This document shows, in pieces, positions 10,059 through 21,312 of a DNA stretch of 64,000 bases. Origin of the DNA: a virus. Its lineage: Duplodnaviria > Caudoviricetes. The position numbers and the translations under genes were made by a program. Each line of letters starts with the position of its first letter. Positions within the stretch are counted from its first letter, which is position 1. Location of the stretch: positions 1-64,000 of IMG/VR virus record IMGVR_UViG_3300017909_001210. One strand, written 5' to 3'. The notes below the pieces were generated by a model. It did no database searches, was not told the DNA's origin, and saw nothing but the letters and a program-made list of their open reading frames with translations.

Positions 10059-11516
10059 ATGGCAGCAATAATAACGGAAAAGTTTCGAATCCACAATGCG
10101 AAACAATTTAAGGAAGACTTTGGTGAGAGTGCCTCGTCAAGTTATATATTCATAGGACGTTCATTCGATTGGACTGATGAAAACAACCCACCTTCACCTG
10201 CGAATGCAGTTGGTGAAGAAATAGATTCATATGCAGACATGATTGCTATGAAGAAGGTATCTTCTTCAGACGTATCTCATGGTTTGACAAGATATGATTG
10301 GACTTCAGGAACTACATATGACGAATATGCACATGATTATAGTGCAAGTAATACAAGTCCAGCAACAAGTGCAAATAACTTATACGATTCAAGATTCTTT
10401 GTAATCACTGATGAATACAATGTTTATAAGTGTATCAGAACTGGTAGAGATAGTTCAGGTGCTGTGGTAGTATCAGACGTAAAACCAACAGGAACAAGTG
10501 CAACTACTTTAGTAGAAACTGCCGACTCGAATGCTGCCTCAGGTCGTGGTTATGTTTGGAAGTATATGTATACAATTTCTGCCTCAGAAACTATTAAATT
10601 TGTCACTAACGACTTCATTCCAGTTAAAACTATCGGTGCTCAAACTGAAGTTGACGGAACAGGTTCAGGTGGTGCAATCGGTTCAGCTGCAACCGATGAT
10701 GGTTCTGCTCAATGGGACGTAGAAAACTCTGCAGTAGACGGAGGTATTCACCATGTAGTAGTGACTAATGGTGGTGCTGGTTATACAGACGGAACACATA
10801 CAGGTGTTTCAATTGTTGGAGATGGTTCAGGTGCAGTTTGTGAAGTTGTAGTATCTTCAGGTGCAATCACTCATGTCAATGTGACTTCAGTTGGTTCAGG
10901 ATACAAACGTGCTTCAGTAGACGTATCAGGTATCTCAGGAATCGGAAGTGGTTCTAATGGTGCAATCAAACCAATCATATCACCTTTCTATGGACATGGT
11001 GCAGACCCAGTTCAAGAACTTGGTGGAAACTTTATTTGTGTAAATGCAAGATTAGAGTTTGCAGAAGGTTCAGGTGACTTCCCAGTAGATAACGATTTTA
11101 GAAGAATTGGTCTTATCCAAGACCCATTCAATGTTGGAACTACAACAGTTGCAACTTCAACTTCATTAGCTGCATATTCACAAATGACACTTTCAACAGT
11201 GACAGATTTAGACGTAGACGATACTATTATGAGTGCGTCAGTAGACGGAAGTGGTGTTGCAGTATCTAAAGTTGTATCAATAAGTGGTAATGTTGTTTCT
11301 CATGTCCCAGTTGCAAATAGTGCTGGTGGATATGTGGACTTTACTTCAAGTGATACAGTGTATTGGACAGGAAACAGTGGAACAGTTAACTCAGTTAACG
11401 CTGCGTTCCCTGAAGTTGAAAGATATTCAGGTCAAATAATGTATGTCGAAAATAGGGGTGCAGTGACAAGAGCTGCCGACCAAATCGAAGATATCAAACT
11501 GATTATCGAAATGTAA
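10059..11516 (+). CDS. gp8: Baseplate wedge subunit gp8
   Basis: MAAIITEKFRIHNA, YNVYKCI, GYVWKYMY, NDFRRIGLIQDP, C-terminal Q.EDIKLIIE motifs. Confidence 0.9.
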   Translation: MAAIITEKFRIHNAKQFKEDFGESASSSYIFIGRSFDWTDENNPPSPANAVGEEIDSYADMIAMKKVSSSDVSHGLTRYDWTSGTTYDEYAHDYSASNTSPATSANNLYDSRFFVITDEYNVYKCIRTGRDSSGAVVVSDVKPTGTSATTLVETADSNAASGRGYVWKYMYTISASETIKFVTNDFIPVKTIGAQTEVDGTGSGGAIGSAATDDGSAQWDVENSAVDGGIHHVVVTNGGAGYTDGTHTGVSIVGDGSGAVCEVVVSSGAITHVNVTSVGSGYKRASVDVSGISGIGSGSNGAIKPIISPFYGHGADPVQELGGNFICVNARLEFAEGSGDFPVDNDFRRIGLIQDPFNVGTTTVATSTSLAAYSQMTLSTVTDLDVDDTIMSASVDGSGVAVSKVVSISGNVVSHVPVANSAGGYVDFTSSDTVYWTGNSGTVNSVNAAFPEVERYSGQIMYVENRGAVTRAADQIEDIKLIIEM

Positions 11517-11551
11517 TTAATGGGGTCTATTGACCCCACAAGAGAGAAAAC

Positions 11552-14500
11552 ATGGCAGAGAAAACTGATTTAAATATATCACCCTATTATGACGACTACA
11601 GTCAGAGTAAAAACTTCCATAAGGTCTTATTCCGTGCGAGTAGACCTCTTCAAGCAAGGGAATTAACTCAGTCTCAATCTATCCTACAAAACCAAATTGA
11701 AAGGTTTGGTAATCATATTTTTGAAGAAGGTTCGATTGTCACTGGTGCTCAAACTGATGTCGATATGGAACTTTACTTTGTTAAGGTAAAGTCTTCTAAT
11801 CCAAATTCACAAGGGTCAGATTCAGTAGAAGAATATAGAACTTCTTTCCATGGTAAAATACTACAAGGTAAAACAACTGGTGTCGTAGGTAAAGTTGTCA
11901 CTTCAAGTGCAGAATCCTCAGACGACCCAATCACATTGTTCGTTAGATATCAATCACAAGGAACAGATGCAAATAATTCATTTACTTTTGCAGCTGACGA
12001 AGAACTACATGAAGTAAGTGTAGACGAAAATGGTGCAATATCAGACGTATTAAACAATAACGAATTCCAAGTCGACTCTCAAACAGTATTATCTAAACCA
12101 ATCGGAAGAGCTTCGATTGCAAACATTTCAGAAGGTGTTGTATTCATTAGAGGTTTCTTTGTTAAAGTTCCAGCACAAGAACTTATCTTAGAGAAATACT
12201 CAGGTGCTCCTTCATATAGAGTCGGTTTAACAGTCGTAGAGAAATTAATATCTTCTTCAGAAGATTCTTCTCTATTAGATAACTCACAAGGAACAACAAA
12301 CGAAAACGCTGCTGGTGCAGATAGACTTAAGTTCGAATTGAATTTAAGTAAGTATGCACTTACTACAACAGACGATGCAGATTTTGTTGAGTTAGTCAGA
12401 GTTAATGGTGGTCTAATTGAATTAAAAGTAGACAAACCAATATACAATGAAATCGAACATACTCTTGCACGAAGAACTTTCGATGCAAATGGTGATTTTG
12501 TTGTAAGACAATTTACACCAAATTTAAAAGAACACTTAGACGATACAATTAATGGTGGAGTTTATTCAAAAGTAAATGGTGGTGACGAATCTAAGTTTGT
12601 CATGCAAGTATCGCCTGGTAAAGCATATGTTAAAGGTTATGAAATTGAAAAGATTGGAACAACAACAATCGGTCTTCCAAAAGCAAGGTCAACAGTTTCA
12701 TTAGACAATGCAAATACACCAGTCAGAATAGGAAACAAATTAAGAGTCACAAACGTTCACTCTTTACCTGAGTTTGGTAATGAGAGTGGAATTGATACAC
12801 TAGACCCATATCAAGTTGCAGAATTATACGATACAGTCGGAAGTGCTGGTGCAGCTAATACTAGTGAAAAGATAGGTTTATGTAGAATAAGAAACATAGA
12901 CGAACATACAACAGGTGTATATAACTTATACTTGTTTGATATCAAAATGTTAACAAAGATTGATTTAGTATCAATCTCAAGTGCAACACCAGTTTTAGTT
13001 GGTCAAAGAATAGAAGATACCACAACTGGTGCCCATGGTATCGTTGCAGAAGTAGATTACTCAAATAACTTTATCAAAGTTCACGATTTAGTAGGAACTT
13101 TTGGTGTAGGTAATACAATAGCTGCAACTGGTGGTGGAAACTCTTCAGGATTCCAAATCAGTGCTGTTAGAACATATAACATTGACAGAGCAAGAGGTAT
13201 TTCTCAAGTATCAAATAACACTGCAAGAGAAATATTTACTGCAGACGTTGTCACTGATTTATTAAACACTTTAACAGGGACAGTAATCTTTGGAACTGGA
13301 ACTGCACTTACAGGTTTTGGAACTAAGTTTGGAACAGAATTAAAAGAGGGTGATATAGTTTATAACCCAGTAGATACAACAAATTATGTTATTGCAAGTG
13401 TCACTGATGATACTAATGCAGTATTAACTGGTGCTTCTTCAGTTGCATTCCAAGGTAATGTGACACGAAGACGTGCAACATTATACGACCAAAACCAAAC
13501 TGCGTCAATATTCGCATGGCCAAGAAACTGGGTGAAATCTCATACAGGTGAATCGGTCACTGTAAGACGACAGTTCACAACTGAAATATCAGGTGGTCAG
13601 TTCTCAATAACAACGGGTGCAAATGGTGTATTCGGTGCTGTAAACAAAGATAACTTTACAATTGCAGTTGTTGAAGAACAATCAGGTGGTTCATTTACAA
13701 ATGGAGATTTAATTGACCCCGATACACTTACTACCTCAACTGCAGTATCAGGTTCAGGACAACAGATTACATTCAGTGGTATTAATGCAAACAACGATGG
13801 TGCAACTGTAAGAGTATCATATACTGTTCAGATAACAGACCCAGTTAATAGAAACAAAACACTTAGAAATGCAAGATTATTAAAAGTATCAGAAAATTCA
13901 GGTGGTAATTTCTATGGTTGTGGATACGACAACAAAGAAATTTCATTGGGTGTTGCAGATGCATTTAAGGTTCATGCAATATATGAAGGTGTTGACGGAA
14001 CTGCATTACCACCTAAATTTCAAACAACCACAACTTCAGGAACTTTTGTAAACTATGAAGAGGTTGTAGGACAAACTTCAGATGCACGTGCAATCATTAT
14101 TACTTTTGCTGGTGATGGTGCTGATACATATTTCTATTACAAAAACGATAACAGATTTATTGATTCAGAAGTTATTATAGGACAAACTTCAAATGCAGTA
14201 GGAACATTATCTAATATTTCTACAGGTTCACCAAACATAACAAATAGATATTTCTTTGACAATGGTCAGAGAGATGGTTTCTATGATTTATCAAAACTAG
14301 TATTAAAGCCTGGTGAACCAACACCAAACAATCAAATATTAGTAGTGTTTGATTACTTCCAAGCTTCAGGTGGTGGAGATTACTTTGACGTAAATTCATA
14401 CTCAGGTATTGAATACAAAGATATCCCAGTATACTCACCAAACAAAGTTGACTTGGGTGGTTTAGAACCCGATGGAACTTTTGAGTTATCAGACTCAGTT

Positions 14501-17500
14501 GATTTCAGACCTATAGTTGGTCAGGTTCTAGGAAATGCTTCTTTTGGAACAGACAATAACCAAAGTCCTTTAACTGCAACAGACTTATCAGACGAAAGTG
14601 GTCAAGGTGCAAGATACGCACCTTTTGCATACGAAGATGGACGTTCATTTTTAGGAACAAGAACAAACATATCATCAACTGGTGCAAACCATGTTGATAC
14701 TCCAGTTTCAGGTTCAAGTGTAATCGGTGATATAGAATTCTATGTTGGAAGAATAGATAAAATCTTCTTACATAAGTCAGGTATATTCCAAACTTCAACA
14801 GGTAATCCTGCGTTGTCACCAACTAAACCAAAATCACTTGACGATAGTATAGAACTTTTTGAATTATCAATACCACCTTACACTAACAAATTAAGTCAGA
14901 TTAAAGTAAGGTCTCAAGACCATAGACGATATACTATGAAGGATATCGGAAAGATTAATAATAGGGTCACAAACTTAGAAAGAATTACTTCACTATCATT
15001 ACTTGAGAAAGATACTCAATCAAAACAGATTTTAGATGCAGACGGATTCGATAGATACAAATCAGGTTTCTTAGTAGATAACTTTAGAGGTCATAAGATT
15101 GGTGACGTAAATCACCCCGATTATAAATGTGCAATCGATACTAAAATGGGTATGTTAAGACCTCAGTCCTATCAACAGTTCTTTGATATAGGATTAAACA
15201 CTAATGCTTCTTCGAACTATACGAAGACTGGTGACTTAATTACATTACCTTTTGAAGAAATCGATTATGTAGACCAAGATAAAGCTTCAAGAACATTAAA
15301 CGTAAACCCATATCACGTTTTTGCTTTCGTAGGTAATGTCAAGTTAACACCTGAAACAGATATATGGCAAGATACAGAACAACTACCTGAAGTAAGAATC
15401 AACAGAGAAGGAAACTTTGATGCAGTGTTATCAGAAAACACAAATGCATTAGGAACTGTATGGAACAACTGGCAGACAACATGGGTTGGTGAACCTAGTG
15501 TAGTGTCTTCTGAAGTGCAATCAACTTCAAATGGTTCATGGTCAGGTGACCCTGCTCAAGGTGGTGAATGGAATGCTGGTCTAGAAATAACAAGAGAAAT
15601 TACAGAAACACCTGAGATTCAAACAAGAACAGGTGTCACAACTTCAGTCGTTGAAGATTTTGTAGAAACAAGAAACGATAGAGTTGTATCAGTGACAATT
15701 ATACCTTTCATGCGTGCAAGGACTATTGAGATAGATGCAACTAACTTAAAACCAAATACAAACCATTACTTCTATTTTGATAATGTGAATGTTAATAAAT
15801 TCATAAGACCTCAGAGTGGAAGTTATTCACAAGACGGAGGAACAACAGTTTCTTCAAATTGTAAAACAGACGGAAACGGAAGATTACGTGCATTCTTTGA
15901 ATTACCAAATAATTCAGTCAATAGATTCCCAACGGGTCAAAGAGAATTAAGAATTACTTCTTCATTCTATAATTTAAGTAATCCTGCTTCAAATGGTAGT
16001 GCTGTATATCAAGCACAAGGTTTATTACAATCTTCACAAACTGAGATTGTATCAACAAGAAATGGTAGAGTAGTCACGGAAAGATTACAAGGTTCAAGGT
16101 CAATGGACAGAAGGGGTGAAAGATTAAACTCAGCACCTTTTGATACAGAAGCACCTGAGGTAAGACTCAATGAGATTCCTAATGATACAGTAGAATTACC
16201 AGTAGTTCCACCTCAAGCTCCTGCTATACCACCTGAACCACCTTTCGTTCCACCTACATTACCACCTCGACCACCAGTTATATTGGAAGATTTGAGAGAT
16301 AGAACTCCAAGTCAAAGTGCAAGAATGAGAGTTGGAAGAGGTTCAAGATTGGATAGAGGTTGGGGTGACCCACTTGCACAATCATTCTTATGTGAAGCAG
16401 ATGGTGGTATGATGTTAACTTCAGTAGACGTGTTCTTTGAAACAAAAGACGCTTCAATGCCTGTTTCTGTAGAAGTCAGAACCATGGTAAATGGATATCC
16501 TGGCCAGACAGTATTACCATTCTCTACAGTGACACATAACCCTTCTGCAGTTAACACTTCTTCAGACGGGTCAGTTGCAACAACATTTACTTTCGATTCA
16601 CCAGTATACGTAGAAGAAAACGTAGAGTATGCATTGGTTGTATACTCAAATTCAAATGAATACAATATGTTCATTTCAAGAATGGGTGAGAAAGACCTTG
16701 CAACAGGACAAACAATCGCAGGACAACCATATGCTGGTTCATTATTCTTATCTCAAAATGCTTCCACATGGACTGCAGAACAAACTGATGATATGAAGAT
16801 TAAAATCAAAGTTGCAAGATTTGACACTTCAAAAATATCAGATTTAAGATTTGAGAATGATGCATTACCAGTTTCAACTTTACAAAACAATCCAATTGAA
16901 ACATATACAAACCAAACATATGTAAAAGTATATAATTACTTACACGGAATGTATGATACAGTTGGTAATAAAGATAACGTAGTTATTGCTGGTCTAACAG
17001 GTGAGAAAGAAAACTCATTGTTAACACTTGGTAATGTCACCATTACAAGTGGAACACCAGCAGATACAACTTATACAGATGTGGGTGACGGAAAAGCAAA
17101 ATTCAATGTCACTGTTTCAGGTGGTGTTGTGACTAGTATGTTAATCGAAGAGCCTGGACATGGATATACTGTAGGTGAAACTATCACAATAAACAACTTT
17201 GATGCAGAACAAGCTGGAACTTCTACACTTCAATTTCAAGTGTTATCAGTAGGTGATACCATAGGTGGGTGGCCGATTGATTCATTAAACGGAACATTTA
17301 CAAATATAGATAACAGAGGAATCGATTCATTTACAATCACTCCTGATGTTTCTGCATATGACTTTATCTCAGGATATAATGGTGTAGACAATACAGTGGG
17401 TGGAGGAAGTGTTGCAACATGTTCAAGAAACTATTACTTTGACGGATTGCATACAATGATACCTTCAGTTTCAGTTAAGAATACACAAATACTTTGTAGT

Positions 17501-18187
17501 GTATACACAACTGCAATGAGTTCACCCGAAGGTTATGTAAATGGAACTTCATATGTTAAAGATAACACTAGTGATTTCATAACACTGAATGATAATACAT
17601 TCTTTAGTTCACCAAGTGTAGTTGCCTCTGCAATTAACGAACAAAACGAAATGTCTTCAACTAAGTCATTCGAATGTCAATTACAACTTGCTTCATTCAA
17701 CCCGAATGTTTCACCAGTGATTGACGTAGGAACAATTGGTGTAATTGGTTTTGCAAACAGATTAAATAACATAGATAGTAGTTCAGATGTCCCTACAGGA
17801 ACCACATATATCCCTTCTACAGACCCCGAGGGAGATTCTAATGCAATGGTATATGTGACACGTAAAGTGAACCTTAAAACACCTGCTACGAGTCTTAAAG
17901 TTATTGCAGACTTCTTTAGACCACCAACAACCGAGTTGAAAGTCATGTATAAGATTATTAAGAATGACGAAGATACTCCTTTAGATGATGTCGGGTTTGA
18001 ATTCTTCAATACAGATGGTTCACCTGATACTGCGATTGAAGCAGACGGAAGAAACTTTAAAGAATATGAATTCACTGCAAATGACTTGCCTGAATTCAGT
18101 GCTTTTGCAATTAAGATTGTTGGTCAAGGAACAAACACTTCAGTGGTTCCATTAGTGACTGCGTTAAGGACAATGGCACTTGCATAA
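11552..18187 (+). CDS. Large virion structural protein, VrlC/DUF4815-like
   Basis: 2211 aa; TDLNISPYYDDY...FHKVLFR..RPLQARELTQ.QSILQNQIE start, GFLVDNF, WGDPLAQSF motifs typical of this family after gp8. Confidence 0.85.
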   Translation: MAEKTDLNISPYYDDYSQSKNFHKVLFRASRPLQARELTQSQSILQNQIERFGNHIFEEGSIVTGAQTDVDMELYFVKVKSSNPNSQGSDSVEEYRTSFHGKILQGKTTGVVGKVVTSSAESSDDPITLFVRYQSQGTDANNSFTFAADEELHEVSVDENGAISDVLNNNEFQVDSQTVLSKPIGRASIANISEGVVFIRGFFVKVPAQELILEKYSGAPSYRVGLTVVEKLISSSEDSSLLDNSQGTTNENAAGADRLKFELNLSKYALTTTDDADFVELVRVNGGLIELKVDKPIYNEIEHTLARRTFDANGDFVVRQFTPNLKEHLDDTINGGVYSKVNGGDESKFVMQVSPGKAYVKGYEIEKIGTTTIGLPKARSTVSLDNANTPVRIGNKLRVTNVHSLPEFGNESGIDTLDPYQVAELYDTVGSAGAANTSEKIGLCRIRNIDEHTTGVYNLYLFDIKMLTKIDLVSISSATPVLVGQRIEDTTTGAHGIVAEVDYSNNFIKVHDLVGTFGVGNTIAATGGGNSSGFQISAVRTYNIDRARGISQVSNNTAREIFTADVVTDLLNTLTGTVIFGTGTALTGFGTKFGTELKEGDIVYNPVDTTNYVIASVTDDTNAVLTGASSVAFQGNVTRRRATLYDQNQTASIFAWPRNWVKSHTGESVTVRRQFTTEISGGQFSITTGANGVFGAVNKDNFTIAVVEEQSGGSFTNGDLIDPDTLTTSTAVSGSGQQITFSGINANNDGATVRVSYTVQITDPVNRNKTLRNARLLKVSENSGGNFYGCGYDNKEISLGVADAFKVHAIYEGVDGTALPPKFQTTTTSGTFVNYEEVVGQTSDARAIIITFAGDGADTYFYYKNDNRFIDSEVIIGQTSNAVGTLSNISTGSPNITNRYFFDNGQRDGFYDLSKLVLKPGEPTPNNQILVVFDYFQASGGGDYFDVNSYSGIEYKDIPVYSPNKVDLGGLEPDGTFELSDSVDFRPIVGQVLGNASFGTDNNQSPLTATDLSDESGQGARYAPFAYEDGRSFLGTRTNISSTGANHVDTPVSGSSVIGDIEFYVGRIDKIFLHKSGIFQTSTGNPALSPTKPKSLDDSIELFELSIPPYTNKLSQIKVRSQDHRRYTMKDIGKINNRVTNLERITSLSLLEKDTQSKQILDADGFDRYKSGFLVDNFRGHKIGDVNHPDYKCAIDTKMGMLRPQSYQQFFDIGLNTNASSNYTKTGDLITLPFEEIDYVDQDKASRTLNVNPYHVFAFVGNVKLTPETDIWQDTEQLPEVRINREGNFDAVLSENTNALGTVWNNWQTTWVGEPSVVSSEVQSTSNGSWSGDPAQGGEWNAGLEITREITETPEIQTRTGVTTSVVEDFVETRNDRVVSVTIIPFMRARTIEIDATNLKPNTNHYFYFDNVNVNKFIRPQSGSYSQDGGTTVSSNCKTDGNGRLRAFFELPNNSVNRFPTGQRELRITSSFYNLSNPASNGSAVYQAQGLLQSSQTEIVSTRNGRVVTERLQGSRSMDRRGERLNSAPFDTEAPEVRLNEIPNDTVELPVVPPQAPAIPPEPPFVPPTLPPRPPVILEDLRDRTPSQSARMRVGRGSRLDRGWGDPLAQSFLCEADGGMMLTSVDVFFETKDASMPVSVEVRTMVNGYPGQTVLPFSTVTHNPSAVNTSSDGSVATTFTFDSPVYVEENVEYALVVYSNSNEYNMFISRMGEKDLATGQTIAGQPYAGSLFLSQNASTWTAEQTDDMKIKIKVARFDTSKISDLRFENDALPVSTLQNNPIETYTNQTYVKVYNYLHGMYDTVGNKDNVVIAGLTGEKENSLLTLGNVTITSGTPADTTYTDVGDGKAKFNVTVSGGVVTSMLIEEPGHGYTVGETITINNFDAEQAGTSTLQFQVLSVGDTIGGWPIDSLNGTFTNIDNRGIDSFTITPDVSAYDFISGYNGVDNTVGGGSVATCSRNYYFDGLHTMIPSVSVKNTQILCSVYTTAMSSPEGYVNGTSYVKDNTSDFITLNDNTFFSSPSVVASAINEQNEMSSTKSFECQLQLASFNPNVSPVIDVGTIGVIGFANRLNNIDSSSDVPTGTTYIPSTDPEGDSNAMVYVTRKVNLKTPATSLKVIADFFRPPTTELKVMYKIIKNDEDTPLDDVGFEFFNTDGSPDTAIEADGRNFKEYEFTANDLPEFSAFAIKIVGQGTNTSVVPLVTALRTMALA

Positions 18188-18399
18188 TGAAAGATATTGA
18201 GTATGTAAAAGTTGAAGGTCACTCACACTTAGTGAGGGACGATAGTTCTCAAGGAATTGTTAATACGGATATAGAACAATATAAATTAACAATGAAACGT
18301 AGAGAAATCATGAGGAATACTCGTGAGGAGATAAATAAATTAAAGGGTGACATGGACGAGATTAAATCTATGTTAACACAACTTATAGAGAAAGTATAA
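18187..18399 (+). CDS. Small conserved hypothetical protein (coiled-coil C-terminus)
   Basis: 70 aa, translationally coupled on both sides; VKVEGH..LVRD..S..IVN pattern usual after the VrlC-like gene. Confidence 0.7.
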   Translation: MKDIEYVKVEGHSHLVRDDSSQGIVNTDIEQYKLTMKRREIMRNTREEINKLKGDMDEIKSMLTQLIEKV

Positions 18400-19616
18400 T
18401 GGCAAAAACAGTAGACCAATTTTCAACGATAGAAAATTTTAGAACCAAGTATAACGAACTCGCAGTTGACGTTGGTGATAAGAGTGGCCTTAGAACAGAA
18501 GAAACTGGAAACCTTGTCGATGCACTTAATAGTTTAGAAGATAAATCATTCTTCTTTCAAGAGTTTAAGTATAGTGCAACTAGTGGTCAAACTGTATTCT
18601 CAGGTAATGATTCTGCAAACAATTCACTTGTTTTTAGAAGTGAAAGAATCCAAGTATTTAAAAACTCAGACCATTTACTTTTAGGAACAGATTACTCAAT
18701 CGGTGGTGTAGACGGAAACAAACATACAGAAATTACACTTAACGTAGGTGCAACGACTGGTGACGTTATCACTATCTATGCATATACAGGTTCATACTTA
18801 GGAAGTGCAATTGGTGCTGGTGGTGGAACAGACGGACAGTTTACTGAAACAGCTGCAAATACTATTTACAATAAAAACTCAAATGGTATAATATTAAATG
18901 GTTCTTCAACTGGAAGAACAACTACACTTACAACAAGTGCAAAAATAGAATTTGATTCTAATAATACAGGTATCTATTCACAAGAAGATATTACACTTGC
19001 AACTGGTAAGAGTGTCACTGCAGACTCCTTTGTGGGTGATTTAACTGGAACTGTCACTGGTAATGTCACTGGAAATGTCACTGGAAATATTTCAGGTAGT
19101 TCAGGAACAGTCACAAGTATATCTTCACATTCTGCAAGTGGATTATCAGACATTAATTATACCACAACACCTACAAATGGTCAAATCCTTACATGGGATA
19201 ATGCAAACGGATATTGGGAACCAGCAGATAATCAATCTCTTTCTACATTAAGTGGTGATACAGATGACCTTACAGAAGGAACAACAAATCTGTTTTCAAC
19301 TACAGAAAGAATTCAAGATGCAGCCGCAACAATGATTACAAGTGCAACACATAGTAATATATCAGTATCATATGATGATGCCTTAGGAACACTTTCATTT
19401 ACTGCTGGTGCAACATATACAGACTCAGACGCAAGAAGTGCGATTGCTGGTGGTGACGGACTTGCATATAATTCTTCAACAGGAAATATGAGTGTTAACA
19501 CTGCAAAAGGAATCGAAATAAATAATGATACAGTTGAATTAGACTATGAAACGACTTCTACTGCCCCAAGTTCTGCTTCGGGAACTGTAGAAGGTCATTT
19601 ATGGTTTGTGATATGA
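18399..19616 (+). CDS. Fibre/connector-type virion protein
   Basis: 405 aa, T/S/G-rich, VTGN repeats, C-terminal AP...GHLWF module. Confidence 0.65.
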   Translation: MAKTVDQFSTIENFRTKYNELAVDVGDKSGLRTEETGNLVDALNSLEDKSFFFQEFKYSATSGQTVFSGNDSANNSLVFRSERIQVFKNSDHLLLGTDYSIGGVDGNKHTEITLNVGATTGDVITIYAYTGSYLGSAIGAGGGTDGQFTETAANTIYNKNSNGIILNGSSTGRTTTLTTSAKIEFDSNNTGIYSQEDITLATGKSVTADSFVGDLTGTVTGNVTGNVTGNISGSSGTVTSISSHSASGLSDINYTTTPTNGQILTWDNANGYWEPADNQSLSTLSGDTDDLTEGTTNLFSTTERIQDAAATMITSATHSNISVSYDDALGTLSFTAGATYTDSDARSAIAGGDGLAYNSSTGNMSVNTAKGIEINNDTVELDYETTSTAPSSASGTVEGHLWFVI

Positions 19617-19617
19617 T

Positions 19618-20958
19618 ATGTCAGACGAAATTTACATTAATATAGGAAGTTCTTTCCAACAACCTTACCAAGGTCAAACACCTACCCAAGCTCAGTCTGC
19701 AGAGGTTAAACAGATTGTAAAGAGAACACCTGCTAATACTCAAACACTTTATCAGAGTCCAAGTCGGACTCCTTCAACATATAGAAATCCAGTAAATAGA
19801 CAAACAAATATAGATGCACAAGAGAGTAATCCGTTTACTTTTAATGCACAACAACAGATAGATTATCAAAGTCCTTTTAGAAGTCCTTCGATAACACAAG
19901 TAATTGCACAACAACCAAGTCCTTATATTGCACAAAGTGAATATCAAAATCCTTTTACTTTTCAACAAGACGTTCAGAATACTGTTGAGGTTCAAAGTGG
20001 ATATCAAGCTCAACAACCATATCAAACTCAATTATCTGTTCAACAGGTAGGGCCTGTTTCCGTGCGAACTTTGCAAATGTATAGATACCCTTATGCATAT
20101 TGGTATCAATGGAATGATGCTAAGTTTAAAGAACCCATCGACTCTGAAATTATAATGTATCAAGGGCCTCGAGGTGATTTAGATGATACCATGGGTTATG
20201 CCCAAGCAAGAGGTATTTCACAAAACCCAGTAATTCTGCAAGGTGTAATAACTCGATATCCTCAACCAGTTCCAGTAAGTGGTCAGGTGCCAAGTCCAAC
20301 CCCTATCTCATATCAATATTTGGGACAACCCATTCAGTATCAGTATATCACACAGGTTGCTGGGACACCATATACCATTCAAAGGGAGGTTTATCAGTCA
20401 ACAAATCCAGTGCGAACTCAAACCCCAGCTAGAAGTCGGACTCCTGCTCAACAACCTTTGATTGCGCAATCACCTTCTACAACTCCAGTTCCAGCAAGAC
20501 AACCTTTAAGACAACCATTGGAACTTCAACAACAGATAACTATTCAAGCAGACCAAGACGTTCAAAACCAAGTTAGAGCTCCTGCTAGACAACCAAGTCC
20601 ATATATTGCACAGGCACAACAACAAAGTCCGTATATTGCACAACAACCTTCTACATATAGAAACCCAGTGAATAAACAGACTAATACTCAGAATGATACA
20701 AGACAACCTAATATCTATCAGGTTCCTTATCAAGTTCCGTATATACATAGGTCACCTTACATAACTCAAACACCTTATTCTACAAGTAGAACTGTCGGCC
20801 CCATTGCAAAGGTGAAAGCAATTTATCTAAATAAAGACGGACAAAATATTGAAAAAATAGACCAAGTTTACGTAAATAACTCAGGAACAATTGAGAAAAT
20901 TCACCAAACTGTTCCTGCCGCAAGATTTAGTAAGAATCCAAGTAATACTCAACAATAA
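19618..20958 (+). CDS. Gln/Pro/Tyr-rich low-complexity repeat protein, probably virion-associated
   Basis: 446 aa with recurring QQPSPYIAQ and PSTYRNPVN.QTN; C-terminal DQVYVN segment. Confidence 0.7.
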   Translation: MSDEIYINIGSSFQQPYQGQTPTQAQSAEVKQIVKRTPANTQTLYQSPSRTPSTYRNPVNRQTNIDAQESNPFTFNAQQQIDYQSPFRSPSITQVIAQQPSPYIAQSEYQNPFTFQQDVQNTVEVQSGYQAQQPYQTQLSVQQVGPVSVRTLQMYRYPYAYWYQWNDAKFKEPIDSEIIMYQGPRGDLDDTMGYAQARGISQNPVILQGVITRYPQPVPVSGQVPSPTPISYQYLGQPIQYQYITQVAGTPYTIQREVYQSTNPVRTQTPARSRTPAQQPLIAQSPSTTPVPARQPLRQPLELQQQITIQADQDVQNQVRAPARQPSPYIAQAQQQSPYIAQQPSTYRNPVNKQTNTQNDTRQPNIYQVPYQVPYIHRSPYITQTPYSTSRTVGPIAKVKAIYLNKDGQNIEKIDQVYVNNSGTIEKIHQTVPAARFSKNPSNTQQ

Positions 20959-20976
20959 TTTCGTATAAATAGTTAT

Positions 20977-21309
20977 ATGGCTATTATTGCAAATATCTTT
21001 ATCGACCAAGGAACAGACTTCAGTATCACTGTAGACGTGACTGATTCAACAGGTGACGCACTCAATATGAGTGGTTATTCTGCAAGTGCTCAGATACGTA
21101 AGACCTACAGTTCTTCTACTGCAAGTGCAACCTTTGGAACTTCAATTGCAGAAGCAACAGGTCAAGTGACATTAACACTTGACGATACACAAACTACTGC
21201 ATTAGAAGCGGGAAGATATGTATACGATATGAACATCACCAGTGGTGGTGGTCAAACAACAAGAGTAGTAGAGGGACAAGCAATTGTCACTCCAGGCGTC
21301 ACGAGGTAA
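20977..21309 (+). CDS. Small structural protein (BppU-N-like)
   Basis: 110 aa, IDQGTDF...A.AQIRK....GRYVYD..I...RVVEGQA.VTPGVT; late promoter at 20964-20971. Confidence 0.7.
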   Translation: MAIIANIFIDQGTDFSITVDVTDSTGDALNMSGYSASAQIRKTYSSSTASATFGTSIAEATGQVTLTLDDTQTTALEAGRYVYDMNITSGGGQTTRVVEGQAIVTPGVTR

Positions 21310-21312
21310 ATT

